From: an uncultured Gammaproteobacteria bacterium
Lineage (GTDB): Bacteria > Patescibacteriota > Microgenomatia > CAZXEC01
DNA length: 64,000 nt
Direction of reading: 5' to 3'
NCBI GenBank assembly: GCA_964639595.1
Contig: CAZXEC010000001.1
Coordinates: 88,111 to 152,110, forward strand
Below the pieces are notes generated by a model. That model had not been told where the DNA came from and ran no database searches. It saw nothing but the letters and a program-made list of their open reading frames with translations. The position numbers were made by a program, and so were the translations under genes. Positions 9,847 through 18,683 of the stretch are shown here, in pieces; position 1 is the first letter of the stretch; every line of letters begins with the position of its first letter.

Positions 9847-10882
9847 TCATCTTTTTTCAGAAATCACCCAACTAGAAAAAACCATTCAAAATTCGGAACT
9901 CCCGCAAAATTTGCGAGCAAAAATTAGCAATTCACTTTCAAGATTAGAAGGTGCTGCCCGCTTTGGCGGATATTTAAATGAGCATGAAAGCTTATTAAGG
10001 TATGCAGACTGGGTATTAAATCTTCCTTGGGAAAAAACTAGCGATGACATCCTAAATTTGGCGCAAGCTCGAAAAATCTTTGATAAAAACCATTACGGTC
10101 TGACCAATATTAAAGAGCGGATTTTGGAATATCTGTCAGTTCTATCATTAAAAAAAGGCCAAAATGCCGCAGTGAGAGCCCCTATTTTATGCTTGGTTGG
10201 TTTGGTTGGGACTGGCAAGACAACTTTGGCTGCTTCCATTGCCGAAGCAATGGGCAGAAAAATCGCCCGGATTCCTTTTGGTGGAATGGGAGATGCCAGG
10301 GAACTGCGAGGTCAATCAAGGACTTTGCCTGATGCAGAGCCAGGACAAATAATCAAAGCCTTAAGGCGTATTCAAGTCAAAAACCCAGTTATCTTGCTTG
10401 ATGAGATTGATCGAGTGGCCGAGTCAACCAGATCGGATTTGATGGGAGTGCTGGTAGAACTTTTAGATCCGGAGCAGAACATGGCATTTGTTGACCACTA
10501 TATTGATTATCCATTTGATTTGTCACAAGTATTATTTATCGCCACAGCCAATAATACTACTAATATTTCTACTGCGGTTTTGGATAGACTAGAACCAATT
10601 CAAATGCCTTCTTATACTGATGAGGAAAAAATTATGATTGCCGGTGCTTACATCTTACCCAAGGCTATAGCAGAATCAGGGTTGGCGCCGAATGTTGTGA
10701 TAGTTGATGGTGATGTTTGGCCAAAGATTGTCAGACCGCTGGGGTTTGATGCCGGTATCAGAACCTTAGAAAGAACAGTGAGCGGTATTTGCAGAAAGGT
10801 TGCTAAACAAATTGTAGAAGGCAAAGGCAAGCAATTTCATATCACACTTGCCAATGTCAACGAATTTCTGCCTGTTTGGTAA
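9833..10882 (+). CDS. Lon-like AAA+ ATPase module without an N-terminal LAN domain or a C-terminal S16 protease domain
   Basis: RYADWVLNLPWEKTSDD...HYGL..IKERILEYLSV pre-AAA helix. Walker A GLVGTGKTT. Walker B ILLDEIDR. LLDPEQN sensor region. ICRKVAKQIVEGK end of the small alpha-domain. Ends 10 aa later, where the Lon protease domain would start. Confidence 0.8.
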   Translation: MTASNHLFSEITQLEKTIQNSELPQNLRAKISNSLSRLEGAARFGGYLNEHESLLRYADWVLNLPWEKTSDDILNLAQARKIFDKNHYGLTNIKERILEYLSVLSLKKGQNAAVRAPILCLVGLVGTGKTTLAASIAEAMGRKIARIPFGGMGDARELRGQSRTLPDAEPGQIIKALRRIQVKNPVILLDEIDRVAESTRSDLMGVLVELLDPEQNMAFVDHYIDYPFDLSQVLFIATANNTTNISTAVLDRLEPIQMPSYTDEEKIMIAGAYILPKAIAESGLAPNVVIVDGDVWPKIVRPLGFDAGIRTLERTVSGICRKVAKQIVEGKGKQFHITLANVNEFLPVW

Positions 10883-10887
10883 TTTTT

Positions 10888-11526
10888 ATGACACAACAAG
10901 AGAAAAAACAGCAACTACAAGACTTGGCCAAAAAAATTCACAATTGTCGCAGATGCCCTTTGTACAAAGAAGCCAAGCAGGCAGTCCCAGGAGAAGGTGA
11001 TCCGGATAGCAAAGTAATGTTTGTTGGTGAAGCGCCTGGTTATCACGAGGATATGCAAGGCCGGCCATTTGTGGGGCCAGCTGGACAGCTGTTGGGCAAG
11101 TTGATTACCTTGGCTGGTCTTTCGCGCAGAGAGGTATTTATTGCCAATGTTATAAAACACCGGCCGCCCAATAATCGTGATCCTCGCGATGAAGAAATTT
11201 TAGCATGTGCTGATTGGCTAAATATGCAGATTAACATTATTGATCCCAAAATTATTGTTACATTGGGCCGGTTTTCTATGTCAAAATTTGTTCAAGGACA
11301 GTCAATATCCAGGGTTCATGGACTAGTCTTTAGGGCAGATGATAGAATTATTGTACCAATGTATCATCCGGCGGCCGCTCTGCGCTCAACATTAGTCATG
11401 CAGCAAATCAGACAAGATTTTGTCAATTTGCAAAATCTTATCAGTAGAGAGAAAGATCAGAAAATAAATCACAGTCAAAGTCAAGTAGATAAAAAGCTTG
11501 ATCATGAACAGCAAAGATTATTGTAA
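10888..11526 (+). CDS. Family-4 uracil-DNA glycosylase (Fe-S type) with a polar C-terminal tail
   Basis: CRRCPLYKEAKQAVPGEGDPDSKVMFVGEAPGYHED...GRPFVGPAGQLL motifs are typical of UDG family 4. The ATG at 10888 is preferred over the TTG at 10876. Confidence 0.85.
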   Translation: MTQQEKKQQLQDLAKKIHNCRRCPLYKEAKQAVPGEGDPDSKVMFVGEAPGYHEDMQGRPFVGPAGQLLGKLITLAGLSRREVFIANVIKHRPPNNRDPRDEEILACADWLNMQINIIDPKIIVTLGRFSMSKFVQGQSISRVHGLVFRADDRIIVPMYHPAAALRSTLVMQQIRQDFVNLQNLISREKDQKINHSQSQVDKKLDHEQQRLL

Positions 11527-11534
11527 GCATTACC

Positions 11535-13235
11535 ATGAGAAAGTTTAGGTTCAAAAGTCAAAGTAGACAATTTAACACCCCCGCCGGTGCTTTAACATTG
11601 GTGCCTTTGGGGGGGGTGGGAGATGTCACCAAAAACATGTATGTCTATGAATATGGTGAAGATATCATAATTGTTGATTGCGGCGTTGGGTTTCCTGATG
11701 AGGCCATGTTAGGTATAGATTTGGTGATACCGGACTTTTCTCATCTGAAACATAAGAGAAACAAAATTAGAGGTTTGGTAATTTCTCATGGCCACGAAGA
11801 CCACATTGGCGCAGTGCCGTATTTTTTGAAAGAATTTGATGTTCCGGTTTACGCTACTAAATTACCGATCGGCCTAATTAAATTAAAATTAAAAGAACAC
11901 AAATTAGAAACAGCGAGGCTGGTTACCATTGACCCTTCGCAAAGTCTGCAGCTGGGTGGATTCCAGTTGGACTTTTATCGCGTTTCGCACTCTATTCCAG
12001 ATGCTTTGGGTATCAGTATTAAAACTAATGCCGGGACCATCATCCACCAGTCTGATTTCAAATTCGATTGGACCCCTGTTAATCAGGAGCCGTTTGATAT
12101 GTCTAAATTAGCGTCACTTTGCCAAGAACCAATTTTAGCAATGTTGATTGATTGCCTTAGAGTGGAAAAACCAGGGTACACATTATCGGAAAAAATGATT
12201 GAAGAAACATTTGCCAAAGCCATTGCTGATGCAGATGGTAAGGTTATCATAACTACCACCTCTTCTAATGTCTCCAGGATCCAGCAGGCAGTCAATGTGG
12301 CAGCCCGTTTCAGCCGTAAAGTAGTATTTTCAGGTAGAAGTATGGAGCAGGTGGTGGAACTAGCTCAACAAATTGGGTATTTGAATATCCCCCGAGGGCT
12401 GCGTTTATCTCTGGAACAAGCACGACAGACCTCGGATGATCAGATGCTGGTAGTGGCAGCCGGTTCCCAGGGGCAAACCGGATCAGCTCTTTCACGTATG
12501 GCTCATGAATCGCATGAACATATCCGCATCAAAAACGGTGATGTGGTAATTTTTTCTGCTGACCCAATACCGTCAACCGAGAGTGCTGTGGGGTCACTGA
12601 TTGACGCCTTAACCAGAATAGGCGCTCAAGTTTACTATTCCGATGTTTTGGCTGATTTGCATGTTTCAGGACATGCTTCCCAAGAAGAGATTAAAATGAT
12701 GATTGGGGTGGTTCGCCCCAAATACCTAATTCCCATCGGAGGAACATTTAGACATATGCGCCAATTTGCCAAAGTGGCCCAGACCATGCACTATCCGTCT
12801 GAACAAATCCTGCTTTTGGAAGATGGTCAAACAGTTAATTTTATCAATAATCAGGTTTCAGACGGGCCCAAGATAGATGTTAAAAATATTATGGTAGATG
12901 GTTTAGGTGTGGGAGATGTAGGAGAGGTAGTTTTAAGAGATAGGCAGCACATGGCAGAGGATGGTATTGTGGTGGTGATTGTTCCAGTTGATCAGCATAC
13001 CGGACAAATTGTGGGAGATCCGGATATTGTTTCTAGAGGGTTCGTGTATATAAAGGAGTCAGGCGAATTAATTACCAGGGCGCGTGACATAGTAAAAAAA
13101 TGCCTCGGCCCCAGTCAAGGTAGAATTTCTGATTGGCGTTTTGTCAGACGGCAAGTGGAAGAGTCACTGGAGAAATTCCTTTATAAAGAAACGAAAAGAA
13201 ATCCAATGATCTTGCCTGTGGTTATGGAGGTTTAA
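11535..13235 (+). CDS. rnj: Ribonuclease J (metallo-beta-lactamase/beta-CASP RNase)
   Basis: VISHGHEDHIGAVPY motif, beta-CASP region, C-terminal domain; 566 aa. Confidence 0.9.
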   Translation: MRKFRFKSQSRQFNTPAGALTLVPLGGVGDVTKNMYVYEYGEDIIIVDCGVGFPDEAMLGIDLVIPDFSHLKHKRNKIRGLVISHGHEDHIGAVPYFLKEFDVPVYATKLPIGLIKLKLKEHKLETARLVTIDPSQSLQLGGFQLDFYRVSHSIPDALGISIKTNAGTIIHQSDFKFDWTPVNQEPFDMSKLASLCQEPILAMLIDCLRVEKPGYTLSEKMIEETFAKAIADADGKVIITTTSSNVSRIQQAVNVAARFSRKVVFSGRSMEQVVELAQQIGYLNIPRGLRLSLEQARQTSDDQMLVVAAGSQGQTGSALSRMAHESHEHIRIKNGDVVIFSADPIPSTESAVGSLIDALTRIGAQVYYSDVLADLHVSGHASQEEIKMMIGVVRPKYLIPIGGTFRHMRQFAKVAQTMHYPSEQILLLEDGQTVNFINNQVSDGPKIDVKNIMVDGLGVGDVGEVVLRDRQHMAEDGIVVVIVPVDQHTGQIVGDPDIVSRGFVYIKESGELITRARDIVKKCLGPSQGRISDWRFVRRQVEESLEKFLYKETKRNPMILPVVMEV

Positions 13236-13239
13236 GAAG

Positions 13240-15372
13240 ATGGCTCGTCGAGGAAGATATGGGCCTTTATTTAAGATTAAATTAAAGAGACAAACTTTAA
13301 TTGCGATTTCCGCTGTGTCATCTTTTGTGTTTTCCGGTCTGGTTTTGTTGTCTTTATCTTCTGGTGATCAGTCTGTGATATTGGCTACCTTGCGGTCAAT
13401 GCTATTTAAGATGTTTGGTTGGTCGACCATTTTAATCCCGATTCTGCTGATTTTATTGGGCTTATTGTTCTTGAGATTAAAAGCTTTTATAGCCAGACCA
13501 AATGTGCTGGTCGGGACATTGCTTATCAGCATCTCTTTTGCTGCTTTTACCGGACTATTTTCTGAAGAGAATGCCGGAATTGTGGGGAATGAATTATGGA
13601 CTGGTGCGCAAGAGGTAGTTACTAGTGTAGGAGCTTTTATTTTGTTTTTGGCAATGCTGGTGGTTGGTTTTATGGTAATTTTTGATACTTCTGTTGATCA
13701 GGTCTTTGTTGTGATTGGCCACGCCGTCTTTTTACCGATTAGTATTTTTTCTAAAATTTTCTCACACGGCGATAGAAATAAAAGATTCAAGGGGGTATTT
13801 AACCAGGAAAGGCCCCCTTTGAAAGTTAAAGGTCAGGAATCTGATAAGCAGAAGGTTGATAAAAAAATTACTCCACAAAAAGCAGTTCGTGAAGAGCCTT
13901 TAGGTTTGGGGACGATGGTTGTCACTAACTTACCAGCAACAGCTGGCGGTATTTGGGAATATCCGCCTCTGTCACTCCTGTCGGATGAAATTGCTGCCAA
14001 GGCTGAAAGAGGAGATTTAAAACAGAATGCTCAAATTATTGAGAAAACTCTGGAGAGTTTTGGGATACAAGCCAGAGTAGCAGAAGTTAACTTAGGGCCA
14101 GCAGTAACTCAATATGCCTTAGAATTGGCAGTAGGAACCAAAATTTCCAAGATTGCGGCACTGCAAAATGATTTAGCTCTATCATTGGCAACACCAACCG
14201 GAACAGTGAGAATCGAGGCTCCTATTCCCGGTAAATCGCTGGTAGGTATCGAAGTGCCTAATCGGTCACTGGAAATTGTTTCGCTAAAACACATTTTGAC
14301 ATCTTCTGATATGCAAGAGGCTAGATCAAGACTGACTGTGGCTTTGGGGCTAGACACTTCTTCTAACCCGATCATTGCCGATATTGCCAAAATGCCCCAC
14401 ATATTAATGGCAGGGACTACCGGTTCAGGCAAAAGCGTCTGTTTGAGTGCGTTTATCGCTTCCTTGTTGTATCGGGCTTCTCCAGCCGAGGTCAAGTTTA
14501 TCATGATTGACCCCAAAAGAGTAGAATTTCCCAATTTTAATGGTATCCCTCATTTGTTAACCCCGGTGATTGTTGAACCTGACAAAACTTTATCTGCCCT
14601 AAAATGGGCGATGGGAGAGATGGATAGAAGGTATAAATTATTTGCTTCAGCCGGCGTCAGAAACATCAGTGGGTATAATGAATTGTCTGGTTTCCAGGCT
14701 TTGCCTTATATAATGATTGTGATTGACGAATTAGCTGATTTAATGGCTTTTGCTCCGGTAGAAGTAGAAGATGCCATTTGTCGTTTGGCTCAAATGGCCA
14801 GAGCCACCGGTATTCATCTAATATTGGCCACCCAAAGACCATCAGTGGATGTTATTACAGGATTAATCAAAGCTAACATTCCCTGCCGTATAGCATTCAA
14901 TGTTTCATCCATGATCGATTCCAGAGTTATTATTGATCAGCCTGGTGCGGAAAAACTTTTAGGGAGAGGAGATATGCTTTATTTACCGCCAGATGCTGCC
15001 AAACCAATGCGTATCCAAGGTGTTTATATTTCAGAACACGAAATAAACAAATTAGTTGATTTCTTAAAACAAAGCGGAGTTTCTCCCGAATACACCGAGG
15101 AAGTTACCACAATTCCAATTGCACAAAAAGGGCAAGGACCAACCGGCTCGGAGGACGATTTATTTGACGAGGCAGTTAGAATAGTTTGTCAATATGATCG
15201 AGCCTCAGCATCTCTATTACAGAGAAGATTATCGATTGGATATGCCAGAGCAGCCAGGATTATAGATCAATTAGAATCAGCTGGTGTAGTCGGGGTAGGA
15301 GAGGGTTCTAAGCCCCGTGATGTGTTGGTAAAAAATGCCCAAGAGTTTTTATCCCAGAGACAAACGTTTTAA
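13240..15372 (+). CDS. ftsK: DNA translocase FtsK/SpoIIIE
   Basis: N-terminal TM helices. Walker A GTTGSGKS. C-terminal gamma winged-helix (LFDEAVRIVCQYDRASASLLQRRLSIGYARAARIIDQLE). Confidence 0.9.
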   Translation: MARRGRYGPLFKIKLKRQTLIAISAVSSFVFSGLVLLSLSSGDQSVILATLRSMLFKMFGWSTILIPILLILLGLLFLRLKAFIARPNVLVGTLLISISFAAFTGLFSEENAGIVGNELWTGAQEVVTSVGAFILFLAMLVVGFMVIFDTSVDQVFVVIGHAVFLPISIFSKIFSHGDRNKRFKGVFNQERPPLKVKGQESDKQKVDKKITPQKAVREEPLGLGTMVVTNLPATAGGIWEYPPLSLLSDEIAAKAERGDLKQNAQIIEKTLESFGIQARVAEVNLGPAVTQYALELAVGTKISKIAALQNDLALSLATPTGTVRIEAPIPGKSLVGIEVPNRSLEIVSLKHILTSSDMQEARSRLTVALGLDTSSNPIIADIAKMPHILMAGTTGSGKSVCLSAFIASLLYRASPAEVKFIMIDPKRVEFPNFNGIPHLLTPVIVEPDKTLSALKWAMGEMDRRYKLFASAGVRNISGYNELSGFQALPYIMIVIDELADLMAFAPVEVEDAICRLAQMARATGIHLILATQRPSVDVITGLIKANIPCRIAFNVSSMIDSRVIIDQPGAEKLLGRGDMLYLPPDAAKPMRIQGVYISEHEINKLVDFLKQSGVSPEYTEEVTTIPIAQKGQGPTGSEDDLFDEAVRIVCQYDRASASLLQRRLSIGYARAARIIDQLESAGVVGVGEGSKPRDVLVKNAQEFLSQRQTF

Positions 15373-15384
15373 GATTTATATTCC

Positions 15385-16044
15385 ATGCAAAGAGTTAGCG
15401 ATGTATTAAAATCTGCTCGTATTAAAAAAGGCTTGAGCCAAGAGCAAGTCGAAAAAGATATTAAAATCAGACTGACAGTGCTGCAAAATTTAGAAGAAGG
15501 ACGGTTCGATAGATTGCCGTCTGCGACATTTGTCAGAGGTTTTATCAAAAACTACGGTGATTACCTTGGTTTGTCATCAGATTTTCTTTTGGCTCTCTAT
15601 CGACGGGAAGCCTCACCTGCCAAAAGCAATAAAAGTAAACAATCAGCGCTTTTTCCTTTAGGAAAGACGGCGTTTTCTTTAAGTAATCATCAAAAGATTA
15701 GTTTATCTCTGGTAATTTTTGTAGTAGTTTTTGGCACATACCTGGCTTTTCAGTATTTTCTGTATTCAAAAAAGCCCCTGCTGGAGATCAGTACCCCGCA
15801 GGACAAGTTAAAAGTTAGCACAGCCAACATTGATGTTGTGGGTAGAACTGATCCTGATGCTAAAATTTTTATCAACGGCCAAGAAATTCAATTAAAAAAT
15901 GGTGGAATTTTTTCTCAAGATATAGTCTTACGTGAAGGACCGAATACCATTTCCATCACCGCCATTAGCAAATCTGGTCAAGAAACCAAAGTGGGCAGGA
16001 CAGTTCTCTATCAAACATCCAGCCTGGCGCCGGTTTCTCCTTGA
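15385..16044 (+). CDS. RodZ-like HTH (XRE) membrane protein
   Basis: N-terminal HTH (LKSARIKKGLSQEQVEKDIKIRLTVLQNLEEG). One TM segment in the middle, then a C-terminal beta-rich domain. This matches the RodZ architecture. Confidence 0.6.
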   Translation: MQRVSDVLKSARIKKGLSQEQVEKDIKIRLTVLQNLEEGRFDRLPSATFVRGFIKNYGDYLGLSSDFLLALYRREASPAKSNKSKQSALFPLGKTAFSLSNHQKISLSLVIFVVVFGTYLAFQYFLYSKKPLLEISTPQDKLKVSTANIDVVGRTDPDAKIFINGQEIQLKNGGIFSQDIVLREGPNTISITAISKSGQETKVGRTVLYQTSSLAPVSP

Positions 16045-16089
16045 CGTTCGATGCTACTATTGCTACTATTTTCTTAAGCTTTCCCTAAT

Positions 16090-16383
16090 ATGTTGGACGT
16101 AACACAGATCCTTTTAGTCTTGGTGGTAATGATCTTAACAGTGATGTTAGTGGTTATTGGTATTCAGGTGGTGTTTATTCTTAAAGAGCTAAAGAAATCG
16201 ATTGACAAATTAAATCGAGTATTGGATAACGCTGAGGAAATAACAGATAATATCGGCAGACCAGCCATGGGAGTAAATGGAATTTTGGGTGCTGGGGTAT
16301 TGGCAGGGATCAAAGAAGGCCTGCAGCTATTTAAAACTATCAGAAAAAAGGAGCACGATGAACGATCACCATCACGAGAGTAA
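16090..16383 (+). CDS. DUF948-like small membrane protein
   Basis: One N-terminal TM helix followed by a coiled segment (ILKELKKSIDKLNRVLDNAEEITDNI), the typical DUF948 layout. Confidence 0.5.
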   Translation: MLDVTQILLVLVVMILTVMLVVIGIQVVFILKELKKSIDKLNRVLDNAEEITDNIGRPAMGVNGILGAGVLAGIKEGLQLFKTIRKKEHDERSPSRE

Positions 16384-16747
16384 TGGATTTTTAACAGGAT
16401 TGTTGATCGGTTCTGTGATTGGCGTGGGACTGTCCATGCTTTTTACCACCGAAAATGGTAAAAAAATCCGCCAAAGGTTATCTGATGCCGCCCCAGATCT
16501 AGCCCTGGAGCTGGATAAACTAGTGCAAGAGTTAGATGTAAAAAGTGAAGAGCCAGAAGCCAAAATCCAGCAGGTAAAAGAAACAGCAGCCGATAAAGTC
16601 GAGTCCTCCCCAAGAGTAAAGGAAATAGAGGATAGAGTAGATCAACTGCGAGTAAGCACCAAAACATTTGCTAGATCCCTAGCACCTGGAATTGGCAGAC
16701 GTTTTTTTCATCGCTCTGCCGCCACCAACGGTCACATTAAAAAATAA
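16358..16747 (+). CDS. YtxH-like protein
   Basis: Start chosen at MNDHHHESNGFLTGLLIGSVIGVGLSMLF (GFLTGLLIG is the YtxH signature), with aaaaaGGAG 6 nt upstream. Overlaps the DUF948 gene by 26 nt in another frame. The track ORF at 16277 is a spurious upstream extension. Confidence 0.55.
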   Translation: MNDHHHESNGFLTGLLIGSVIGVGLSMLFTTENGKKIRQRLSDAAPDLALELDKLVQELDVKSEEPEAKIQQVKETAADKVESSPRVKEIEDRVDQLRVSTKTFARSLAPGIGRRFFHRSAATNGHIKK

Positions 16748-16759
16748 TACAATTCTTCA

Positions 16760-18646
16760 TTGTCAGAGCGGGTTGATTTTTCGTATAATTCTGCCATGAC
16801 ATCACGAGATTTACGTAGCAAATTTTTGAAATTTTTCCAAAAGAGAGGGCATACCATTATCCCCTCCGCTTCCTTAGTACCTGAACATGATCCGACAGTA
16901 TTATTCACTACTGCCGGTATGCACCCCTTGATTCCGTACTTGTTAGGGGAGGTGCATCCAGGAGGAAATCGTTTGACTAGTGTGCAGAAATGTTTAAGAA
17001 CTGACGATATCGATGAGGTGGGCGATACTGTTCATGGGACTTTCTTCGAAATGTTAGGCAATTGGTCGTTGGGGGATGCCACCTCACCTGCCAGCATCGG
17101 GCAAGGCAGACCAGCCTCACCAAACCTGGGCGGGTATTGGAAAAAAGAAGCTATTTCTTGGAGTCTTGAGTTTTTGACAGCAGAATTAAAATTGCCCATG
17201 GAATATTTGGCAGTATCAATTTTTGCTGGTGACGATGATGCTCCCAGAGATGATGAATCGTATAGGATTTGGACAAATTTAGGGATCTGCAAGTCAAGAA
17301 TAAAAGCATTGGGTAAAAAAGATAATTGGTGGGGTCCAGTTGCTAAAACCGGCCCCTGCGGGCCAGATACGGAAATGTTCTATTGGACGGGAGTTGGATT
17401 GCCCCCCAAAGAATTTAACCCGGATGATAAAAAGTGGGTGGAAGTCTGGAACGATGTTTTTATGGAATTTACCAAGCAGTCAGACGGTAAGTTCGTTCCA
17501 CTTGGTCAAAAAAACGTTGATACCGGTATGGGGCTGGAGAGAATTTTAATGGTTTTACAAAAAGCAGGCAGTATTTATCAGACTGATGTTTATAAGGAAA
17601 TTTATCAGGCAATTGAAAAAATGATGACTACTTCAGAAATCAGGTTTACCAGAATTATTGCAGATCACCTGCGAGCCAGTTGTTTTTTGATTGCCGATGG
17701 AGTTGTCCCAGCCAACACCGATCGTGGTTATATTTTAAGGAGATTAATCAGAAGGGCTGTCAGGTCTGCCCGTCGGAGCGGTATAAAAAACAGATTCACT
17801 GGCGATATTGCCGAAGTTATTATTGAACAATTTGCCGCTGTCTATGTTGAGCTTGCCAAAGGCAGAGAGAACATCATCCAAACATTACTTGAAGAAGAAG
17901 ATAAGTTTCAGCAACCGATCAATTGGTTGGCACAGTACAGACAAGACCTGCAGGTGGCCGCAACCAGCGGTTTTATTAAGAAGATCGGTCAAATCCCCAT
18001 CTTGTCTGGTGACGGAGCCGCCTCTGGTAGATATATTTTTGAGAACTACCAAACATATGGAGTACCGCCGGATTTAGCGGAAGATATTATCAAAGAGTTG
18101 GGGTTGCAATATGATAAAGCAAGCTTTGATCAAGCCTTAGAAAAACACCAGTCAAAATCCCGCAGTGCGAGTGTGCAAGCAGGCAAATTTGCCGGTGGAT
18201 TGGCAGACCATTCAGAGCAGGTTGTCAAAGGCCATACTGCCACTCATCTACTGCATCAGGCACTCAGAGAAGTACTTGGCACAAGCGTACAACAAACAGG
18301 ATCCAGTATCACCCCCGAGAGGATTAGATTTGATTTTTCTTTTGAACGCAAGTTAACCGAAAACGAGCTTAAAAAAGTCGAAGAATTAGTCAATTTAAAG
18401 ATTAAAGAAGATTTGCCTATCCACTACGAAATAATGCCTATTGCGCAAGCCAAACAAACCGGGGCAATCGGACTATTTGACGAAAAATATGGAGAGATGG
18501 TTAAAGTTTATTCGATCGGTGATTACTCTCGCGAATTTTGTGGTGGTCCTCATGTTGATCACACAGGAATGCTTAACAATTTCCACATCACCAAAGAAGA
18601 AGCAGTATCCAAAGGGGTCAGAAGAATTAGGGCTCAAGTGGCGTAA
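16760..18646 (+). CDS. alaS: Alanine-tRNA ligase, short form with catalytic, tRNA-recognition and editing domains but no C-Ala/DHHA1 domain
   Basis: FTTAGMHP, GNWSLGD...YWKKEAISWSLEFLT, editing-domain HTATHLLHQALREVLG and GGPHV. An alternative start is the ATG at 16796, just after a TATAAT at about 16784-16789. Confidence 0.9.
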   Translation: MSERVDFSYNSAMTSRDLRSKFLKFFQKRGHTIIPSASLVPEHDPTVLFTTAGMHPLIPYLLGEVHPGGNRLTSVQKCLRTDDIDEVGDTVHGTFFEMLGNWSLGDATSPASIGQGRPASPNLGGYWKKEAISWSLEFLTAELKLPMEYLAVSIFAGDDDAPRDDESYRIWTNLGICKSRIKALGKKDNWWGPVAKTGPCGPDTEMFYWTGVGLPPKEFNPDDKKWVEVWNDVFMEFTKQSDGKFVPLGQKNVDTGMGLERILMVLQKAGSIYQTDVYKEIYQAIEKMMTTSEIRFTRIIADHLRASCFLIADGVVPANTDRGYILRRLIRRAVRSARRSGIKNRFTGDIAEVIIEQFAAVYVELAKGRENIIQTLLEEEDKFQQPINWLAQYRQDLQVAATSGFIKKIGQIPILSGDGAASGRYIFENYQTYGVPPDLAEDIIKELGLQYDKASFDQALEKHQSKSRSASVQAGKFAGGLADHSEQVVKGHTATHLLHQALREVLGTSVQQTGSSITPERIRFDFSFERKLTENELKKVEELVNLKIKEDLPIHYEIMPIAQAKQTGAIGLFDEKYGEMVKVYSIGDYSREFCGGPHVDHTGMLNNFHITKEEAVSKGVRRIRAQVA

Positions 18647-18683
18647 GATATCCAGCAAGAAAATCTAGGGTTGGTAGGTCACC

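Noticed and set aside
16277-16357. Upstream extension of the YtxH ORF (MEFWVLGYWQ...)
   Set aside because: The extension lies in an alternative frame of the DUF948 gene and has no RBS. The conserved YtxH N-terminus begins at 16358 with GGAG upstream.
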